Assembly (NCBI GenBank): GCA_046160485.1
Contig: JBJXGV010000070.1
Location: forward strand, 13,154 to 77,153
DNA: 64,000 nucleotides
Direction of reading: 5' to 3'
DNA from: a bacterium
GTDB taxonomy: Bacteria; Orphanbacterota; Orphanbacteria; JBJXGV01
Shown here: positions 58,467 to 64,000 of the stretch, in pieces
How the letters are laid out: each line of letters opens with the position of its first letter
How positions within the stretch are numbered: the first letter of the stretch is position 1
Position numbers and translations under genes: made by a program
The notes under the pieces: generated by a model
Databases searched by the model: none
What the model was told of the DNA's origin: nothing
The model's input: only the letters and a program-made list of their open reading frames with translations

Positions 58467-60083
58467 ATGACGCGGTTCTTTCTCGTTGGAGCCGAGCGCG
58501 ACGTCCCGATGCGTTTCGCACTGCGCGAAGGCCCGCAGACGATCGGCCGCGCCTCCGATTGCGACATTACCCTCGCGAGTTCCTCGGTGTCGAAACGCCA
58601 CGCCGAGATCGACGTCTCCGGCATGGATGTCGTCGTTCGCGACCTCGGCAGCAAGAACGGAACGTTCGTCAACAAGACGCCGGTCAACAAGACCACCCCG
58701 CTCGTGCACGGCGACTCGCTCGCGCTCGGCAGCCTCCAGCTTCAGCTCGTCGACAACCAGGATCGCCCCTCCACGCGGCTCACACCCGAGGACAACGTCC
58801 GCACGCCCTACAGCACGTCGTTCGTCGAGGCGTGGACGGCGATGGAGTCGCGCCAACCGAAGCGCGCGCTCGAGGCCGTGCACGAGGCGGGGCAAACGCT
58901 CGCGCAGACGCTGACGCTCGACGGCCTCTACGAAAGCGTGCTCGCGCTCTTGGCGCGCCATTTCACGGCCGATCGCATTCTCATCCTCACGCACGGCGTC
59001 GCCGGGAGCGAACCGGTCGTCGTCGCGTCGCATCTTCAGGGGCGATCCGCGACGGACCCGCTTCACCTCAGCCAAACCCTGCTTCAAGAAGTGCTCGTCA
59101 AGGGCCGCTCCCTTCTGACCGAAGATGCAGCAGCGGACGATCGATTCGCGGGCCATCAAAGCATCATCATGTCGGGCATTCACTCCGCGATGGCCGCGCC
59201 GCTTCTCGACAAGGGCGTCATCCTCGGAATGATCTACCTCGACTCGCTGCGGCGCGCGATCGTCTACTCGCACGACGAGCTGCGCCTCCTGACGCTGCTT
59301 GCCAACATGACCGCGGTGAAAGCGACGACGTGCCGTCTCGACGAGGTCGAGAAGGAGCGCGCACGGCTACGCGGCGAACTCGATCTCGCGTCGCGGATCC
59401 AGCGGCGCCTCGTGCCCGACGAAATTCCGCACATTCCCGGCTACACCGTTTTCGCGGAGATGACGCCGTGCCACGAAATCGGCGGCGACCTTTTCGACAT
59501 ACGGCCGCGCTCGGACGGACGCGTTTGGCTGGCGGTCGGCGATGTCACGGGGAAAGGCGTCGCCGCGGCGCTTCTCATGTCGAACGTGATGGCCGCGCTC
59601 CGCTTTCTCGAGGACGACGTCGACGATGTGCTCGTCCTCGTCGACCGGCTGCAGGCGCGGCTCCTGCAGAACCTCGACATCGGGCAGTTCCTCACGCTAT
59701 TCGTTGGGCTGCTCGACCCGGCGACGGGGCGGCTCACGTACGTCAACGCGGGGCACGCACCGCCGCTCTGGATCGGCGTCGATTCTTGCGAGTCGCTGGC
59801 CTCGACGGCGCCGCCCGTCGCGCTCGTGCCGTCGATCGTGCCCGAGGTCGCAGAGATCGTTCTCGCGCCGAACGAGACGATCGTGATCTTCAGCGACGGA
59901 CTCAGCGAGGCCTCCGAAACGGACGAGCAATACGACGAAAAGCGGCTGGGCGATTTCGTCGGCGCACACCGGGGCGAGAGTGCCGAAGTTCTCGGGCGAG
60001 GACTGCTCGCCGACGTCGAGGCGTTTCGCGGTGCGTCGCCCGTTGCCGACGACCTGACGATTCTCATCGTTCAGCGACTGTAG
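58467..60083 (+). CDS. FHA-GAF-PP2C (SpoIIE-like) serine phosphatase
   Basis: Start at internal ATG 58467 (MTRFFLVGAE). N-terminal FHA (QTIGRASDCDITL...SKRHAEI...RDLGSKNGTFVN), central GAF-like region, C-terminal PPM/SpoIIE motifs (GGDLFDI; AVGDVTGKGVAAALLM; IFSDGLSEA). Confidence 0.8.
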   Translation: MTRFFLVGAERDVPMRFALREGPQTIGRASDCDITLASSSVSKRHAEIDVSGMDVVVRDLGSKNGTFVNKTPVNKTTPLVHGDSLALGSLQLQLVDNQDRPSTRLTPEDNVRTPYSTSFVEAWTAMESRQPKRALEAVHEAGQTLAQTLTLDGLYESVLALLARHFTADRILILTHGVAGSEPVVVASHLQGRSATDPLHLSQTLLQEVLVKGRSLLTEDAAADDRFAGHQSIIMSGIHSAMAAPLLDKGVILGMIYLDSLRRAIVYSHDELRLLTLLANMTAVKATTCRLDEVEKERARLRGELDLASRIQRRLVPDEIPHIPGYTVFAEMTPCHEIGGDLFDIRPRSDGRVWLAVGDVTGKGVAAALLMSNVMAALRFLEDDVDDVLVLVDRLQARLLQNLDIGQFLTLFVGLLDPATGRLTYVNAGHAPPLWIGVDSCESLASTAPPVALVPSIVPEVAEIVLAPNETIVIFSDGLSEASETDEQYDEKRLGDFVGAHRGESAEVLGRGLLADVEAFRGASPVADDLTILIVQRL

Positions 60084-60142
60084 ATCGCGCCGCGCCGAAA
60101 CTCGTCCGCCGTGCTGAATCCTCCGCGGGCTATAATCGCGGC

Positions 60143-62980
60143 GTGACACTGCAACGTGACCATCACGAAGCACACCGTGTCCTAACCCGGCTTCGCACAC
60201 GCAGACACGCCGCGGGCCTCGCCGCGATTTCCGTGTCGGCATCGCTTCTTCTCTCATTCGCCGGCCCCGCGTTAGCGCACGAAGAACCAGGCGCGCAAGT
60301 TCACGCGCTCTCGGAAGCGATCGCAAGCAGCCCCGGGGACGCCGGGCTCCTCCTCCGCCGCGCCGCGCTCTACCTCCTCGATCATGAGTGGGACGCGGCC
60401 GGAATCGATCTCGATCGCGCGGAGCGGATCGCTCCTGGGCTCGACGGGGTCGCGGTTGCGCGCGCCCAGCTTCACCTCGGCACCGGCGACCCCGCGCGGG
60501 CGGTTGCGAGCGCGAATCAGCACCTTGCGCGTCACCCCGGGAGTGCCGAAGCACTGCGGCTGCGCGCCCGTGCGCACCTGGCGCTCGGCGACGCGAACGC
60601 GGCGGTGCGCGATCTGGGCGCCGCGATCGACGCGTCGCCTCGGCCGGCGCCCGAGATCTACATCGAGCGCGCGAACGCGATCCTCACCGCAGATGCGAAC
60701 GACGCGCACGACGCTCTTCGAACGCTCGACGAAGGCGAGGAACGTCTCGGTGTCAGCGCTCCGTTGTCACTTCGTGCGATCGAAATCGAACTCGCGCGCG
60801 GCGACACGGCGGCGGCGCGCCGGCGCGCCGATCGGCTCGACGAGGCACCGTCGCGCGCCGTTTCCGCGGGATCGCGAATGGACGCGTCGAGCGTGTCCGT
60901 CGCCGCCCCCGGGGCGCAATCCTCCGCCGCCGACCCGGTCTTCGTGCCCGCGGGCGCCGTGTGGCGCTACAACGCGACCGGCACCGACCTCGGCATCGCG
61001 TGGCGCGATCCTGCGTACGATGACGCCGCGTTGCCCGCGGGCGCCGCGCCGCTCGGATACGGCGAGCCCTACATCGTTACGACCATCCCCTCCGGCTCGC
61101 CGGCGCGCTATCCGACGAGTTACTTCCGCACCGAATTCACGCTCCTCAACGCGACCATCGACGTCGGCCGGTTGACGCTGCGCGCGAACTACGACGACGG
61201 CTTCGTCGCGTACCTCAACGGCCGCGAGATTCTCCGGCGCATGATGCCGGATGGGGAGATCACCTACGCGACGTTCGCGGCGGGCCAACACGAGGGCGGC
61301 GCTCTCGAGACTTACGACCTCTCGCAGTTCGTCGGATACCTCTCCGCCGGAACGAACGTCCTCGCGGTCGAAGCGCACCAGGTCAACGCGACGAGCAGCG
61401 ATCTGGTGATGGACATCGAACTCTCGGGTTCGACGGAATCGGCGGTCGTCACGCGCGGCCCGTATCTGCAAGTCGGCACCCCGACGAGCGTCGCGGTTCG
61501 CTGGCGCACGGATGCGGCGGTCGTCGGACGCGTGCGATACGGCGCAAGCCCGAACGCACTCGATGCTTTCGTCGAGGAGGCGGGCGCGACGACGGAGCAC
61601 ATCGTCACGCTCGCCAACCTCTCCCCCGACACCAAGGTGTACTACGCCGTCGGAACGGGAAATGAAATCCACGCGGGCGGCGACGCCGATCACTTCGTCG
61701 TGACGCCGCCCGCGCCCGGCGCCGCGCGGAGCGCGCGCATCTGGGTCATCGGCGACTCCGGGCGCGGCAACGCCGGTGCGCGCGCCGTGCGCGATGCGTA
61801 TTTCGATTTCGCGGCGGATCGCGACACGGATCTATGGCTCATGCTCGGCGACAACGCCTACAACAGCGGGACCGATGCCGAGTACCAAGCGGGCGTCTTC
61901 GACGTCTACGGCGATATTCTGCGCAACTCGGTGCTCTGGCCGACGCGCGGCAATCACGACGGCGTCTACCCCGGCCCGAACAACGACTACTACGACATCT
62001 TTTCGATGCCGACAGGCGCCGAAGCCGGCGGCGTGCCATCCGGAAGCGAGGCGTACTACTCGTTCGACTTCGGACGCGTCCACTTCGTGTGCCTCGACTC
62101 CGAGGGCTCCGACCGTTCTCCGAGCGGGGCGATGCTCACGTGGCTCGATGCGGACCTCGCCGCGAACACGCAAGACTGGACGGTCGCGTTCTGGCATCAC
62201 CCGCCCTACACGAAGGGCTCTCACGATTCCGACAACCCGTTCGACAGCGCCGGACGAATGAAAGACATGCGCGAGAACGCACTGCCGATTCTCGAGGAGC
62301 ACGGAGTCGATCTCGTCCTGACCGGGCACAGCCATTCCTACGAGCGATCGTTCCTCATCGACGGACACTACGGGACATCGGACACGTTCGCGGACTCGAT
62401 GACGATCGACGGCGGCGACGGAAGCATCCTCGGCGATGGCGCGTACACGAAGCCGACGCTCGGACCGGGTGCGCACGAGGGCTCGATCTTCGCGGTCGCG
62501 GGAAGTTCAGCGACAATCAGCGGCGGCTCGCTCGATCATCCGGTCATGATTACGTCGCTCAACATTCTCGGATCGATGGTCGTCGACGTGAACGGCAATC
62601 AACTCGACGCGATCTTCCTCAGCGACACAGGCGCGATCCTCGACGAGTTCACGATCGTCAAAGACGCGATGACCGGAGTCGCCGCGCCGGTGCGCGGCGC
62701 GGGTGCGCTCGCGATCCGATCGATCGAGCCCAACCCGGCGCGCGACACCGCGCGCATTCACTACACGATTCCCTCGACGGGGCCGGTGACGGTCACGGTG
62801 CACGATACGTCGGGGCGGCTCGTCGCCACGGTCGAGGATGGCGTGCGCGGTGCGGGCGCGCATGTGGCGACCTGGGATGGCCGCGGCGCCGATGGCCGGC
62901 AAGCGGCTGCCGGCGTCTACGTCGGCCGCGTCCGGTTCCTCGGCGCGGAGCGCGCGCACAAACTCGTCATCATGCGATGA
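60143..62980 (+). CDS. Secreted TPR / purple-acid-phosphatase-like metallophosphoesterase with C-terminal FlgD-like/sorting-type tail
   Basis: C-terminal part of a 1473-aa shadow-extended ORF; GTG start proposed at 60143. Signal-like AAISVSASLLLSFAGPALA; metallophosphatase motifs (WVIGDSG; LMLGDNAYN; TRGNHD; LTGHSHSYER); tail ends GVYVGRVRF. Confidence 0.7.
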   Translation: MTLQRDHHEAHRVLTRLRTRRHAAGLAAISVSASLLLSFAGPALAHEEPGAQVHALSEAIASSPGDAGLLLRRAALYLLDHEWDAAGIDLDRAERIAPGLDGVAVARAQLHLGTGDPARAVASANQHLARHPGSAEALRLRARAHLALGDANAAVRDLGAAIDASPRPAPEIYIERANAILTADANDAHDALRTLDEGEERLGVSAPLSLRAIEIELARGDTAAARRRADRLDEAPSRAVSAGSRMDASSVSVAAPGAQSSAADPVFVPAGAVWRYNATGTDLGIAWRDPAYDDAALPAGAAPLGYGEPYIVTTIPSGSPARYPTSYFRTEFTLLNATIDVGRLTLRANYDDGFVAYLNGREILRRMMPDGEITYATFAAGQHEGGALETYDLSQFVGYLSAGTNVLAVEAHQVNATSSDLVMDIELSGSTESAVVTRGPYLQVGTPTSVAVRWRTDAAVVGRVRYGASPNALDAFVEEAGATTEHIVTLANLSPDTKVYYAVGTGNEIHAGGDADHFVVTPPAPGAARSARIWVIGDSGRGNAGARAVRDAYFDFAADRDTDLWLMLGDNAYNSGTDAEYQAGVFDVYGDILRNSVLWPTRGNHDGVYPGPNNDYYDIFSMPTGAEAGGVPSGSEAYYSFDFGRVHFVCLDSEGSDRSPSGAMLTWLDADLAANTQDWTVAFWHHPPYTKGSHDSDNPFDSAGRMKDMRENALPILEEHGVDLVLTGHSHSYERSFLIDGHYGTSDTFADSMTIDGGDGSILGDGAYTKPTLGPGAHEGSIFAVAGSSATISGGSLDHPVMITSLNILGSMVVDVNGNQLDAIFLSDTGAILDEFTIVKDAMTGVAAPVRGAGALAIRSIEPNPARDTARIHYTIPSTGPVTVTVHDTSGRLVATVEDGVRGAGAHVATWDGRGADGRQAAAGVYVGRVRFLGAERAHKLVIMR

Positions 62981-62990
62981 CGCCCCGCGC

Positions 62991-63932
62991 CTAAGACGGC
63001 GGGGTGAATAGAAACGGCGTCTTGAACGTCACGCTGCCTTCCGGGATGGCGGGGAACTTCCAGCCGCGCACTTGAGTCAGCACACACGTCGCGAGGACCG
63101 GCGAGCCGACCGTGTCCTGCATGATCTTCGCGTCGGTCACTTCGCCGCCCGGCGCAACGGTCATGCTCACGACGAGCCGCCCGCCGAGCCCACCGCTTTT
63201 TGCCAGTTCGTTCTCGTAGCAGAACTGAATGCCTGTGGCGTAGCGGCGTATCACAGCGAGGAGCGACGCGTTGCTGCGCGCATCCGACGCGAGCGCGATG
63301 CGATCCCCCGTCGCGACGCCTTCTCCCGCTACGCCGTCCCAGATCGCGCCGCCGGCGGAGCCGCCGCGAACGCCGCGTCCGCGCGAACCCGCCTCCCCGC
63401 CGCCGCCCACGGGCGCCAATTCCGCCGACGCGAGGAGCGGCGCGCTGCCGGCCCCCGCGCCACCGCTCGCGCTATGCGCCGCGGCGGGCATCGCGCCGAT
63501 CTCGTCGCCCGTGCGCGCGGAGCGCACGCTCGCGCCGCGCGCGCTCGCGGTGCTTCGCGATGACGGCGCGGAACTCGTCGTTCGCGTTTCCGTCGCGGAG
63601 GCGAGGCCGCCGAGAACATCGTCGAGCGACGACGTGATTCCGGCGAGCGATTCCGAGACCTTCGCGCGGGCGGCGCTCGCCTCCGCGTCTCGTGCCGCTT
63701 GCGCGCGCGCGGCGGCGGCCTCGGCCAGCGCGGCCTGCGCGGCGCGAGCGTCTTCCGCGGAAACTTCGGCCACGACCACCGGCGCGGGTGCTTCGCGCAC
63801 GGCGCGCGCCGGCGCCGGTGCCGCGGTCGGCGGCGCCTCGACGCGCGCGGGCAATGCGACCGGTCCCGGCGCCGGAGGCTCGGGGGTTTCGATTCGCGCG
63901 GCGATGCGCGCCTCGGGCTCGATTCGCGGCAA
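62991..63932 (-). CDS. Pro/Ala-rich protein with TonB-C-like (AgmX/PglI-type) C-terminal domain; 5' end may lie beyond the window
   Basis: C-terminal IRRYATGIQFCYENELAKSGG...ATCVLTQVRGWKFP resembles TonB C-terminal/AgmX-PglI domains (Cys pair); N-terminal low-complexity linker. Start not established. Confidence 0.45.
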   Translation of the reverse strand: MPRIEPEARIAARIETPEPPAPGPVALPARVEAPPTAAPAPARAVREAPAPVVVAEVSAEDARAAQAALAEAAAARAQAARDAEASAARAKVSESLAGITSSLDDVLGGLASATETRTTSSAPSSRSTASARGASVRSARTGDEIGAMPAAAHSASGGAGAGSAPLLASAELAPVGGGGEAGSRGRGVRGGSAGGAIWDGVAGEGVATGDRIALASDARSNASLLAVIRRYATGIQFCYENELAKSGGLGGRLVVSMTVAPGGEVTDAKIMQDTVGSPVLATCVLTQVRGWKFPAIPEGSVTFKTPFLFTPPS

Positions 63933-64000
63933 CTCGACAACGACCGGCGTCGCATCTTCACGTGCGAGTTTGCCCGGCGCATCGAGACCGCCGGCCCCAG

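Noticed and set aside
58559-62980. 1473-aa ORF that would be by far the largest protein in the window
   Set aside because: The first 530 codons are Arg/Ala/Gly/Pro-rich and run out of frame through the real FHA-GAF-PP2C gene (58467-60083). Only the C-terminal part (from about 60143) has real domains (signal peptide, TPR, metallophosphatase). Treated as a shadow-extended ORF, not a giant protein.
1-64000. Search for CRISPR arrays, tRNA/rRNA genes, transposases, integrases and IS inverted repeats
   Set aside because: No direct-repeat/spacer periodicity, no tRNA-like cloverleaf candidates in the few intergenic gaps, and no ORF with transposase (DDE) or integrase (tyrosine recombinase) motifs were seen. 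Short ncRNAs cannot be excluded without covariance-model scans.

Overview
This is a very GC-rich (about 70% by eye), gene-dense bacterial chromosomal window with no rRNA, tRNA, CRISPR array or transposase/integrase detected. Because of the GC content the six-frame track is full of long Arg/Ala/Pro/Gly-rich shadow ORFs; I kept only frames whose translations show recognisable family motifs or non-shadow amino-acid composition, and placed starts using neighbouring stops and RBS-like motifs. All family assignments are from motif recognition by eye, not from database searches. Main content: (1) 1-8700, a long minus-strand nucleoside salvage/catabolism operon (XdhC-like, BtpA-like, deoB, membrane protein, tdk, cdd, deoxynucleoside kinase, rpiB, add, amidohydrolase); (2) 8746-11000, a secreted lamin-tail-domain/PHP phosphoesterase; (3) 11005-16077, a polyphosphate module (CHAD protein fused to a degenerate Ppx C-terminal domain, SixA-like phosphatase, Ppx/GppA, two tandem thymidylate-kinase-like proteins); (4) 16214-22141 and 34671-40947, envelope/polysaccharide genes including three paralogous membrane-anchored SGNH-like proteins, a Wzz-like protein and an O-antigen-ligase-like protein; (5) 22181-24811, a ChlI-like AAA+ ATPase / VWA pair; (6) 24984-27435, PolX and endonuclease III; (7) 27446-32269, S41 peptidase, a type I phosphodiesterase/alkaline-phosphatase-family protein and NrnA; (8) 40997-46049, kbl-tdh, queG and ETF-QO; (9) 46121-51975, a small zinc-ribbon ORF with an intrinsic terminator, GT2, M20 peptidase, and a NudC-like Nudix plus ParB/Srx-fold protein pair; (10) 53212-63932, IDH-like dehydrogenase, FHA proteins, an FHA-GAF-PP2C phosphatase, Tpx and a TPR/purple-acid-phosphatase exoprotein. 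The most unusual candidates are the CHAD-Ppx polyphosphate module, the Nudix/ParB-Srx pair and the AAA+/VWA pair, but none can be confirmed as a new system from sequence alone.
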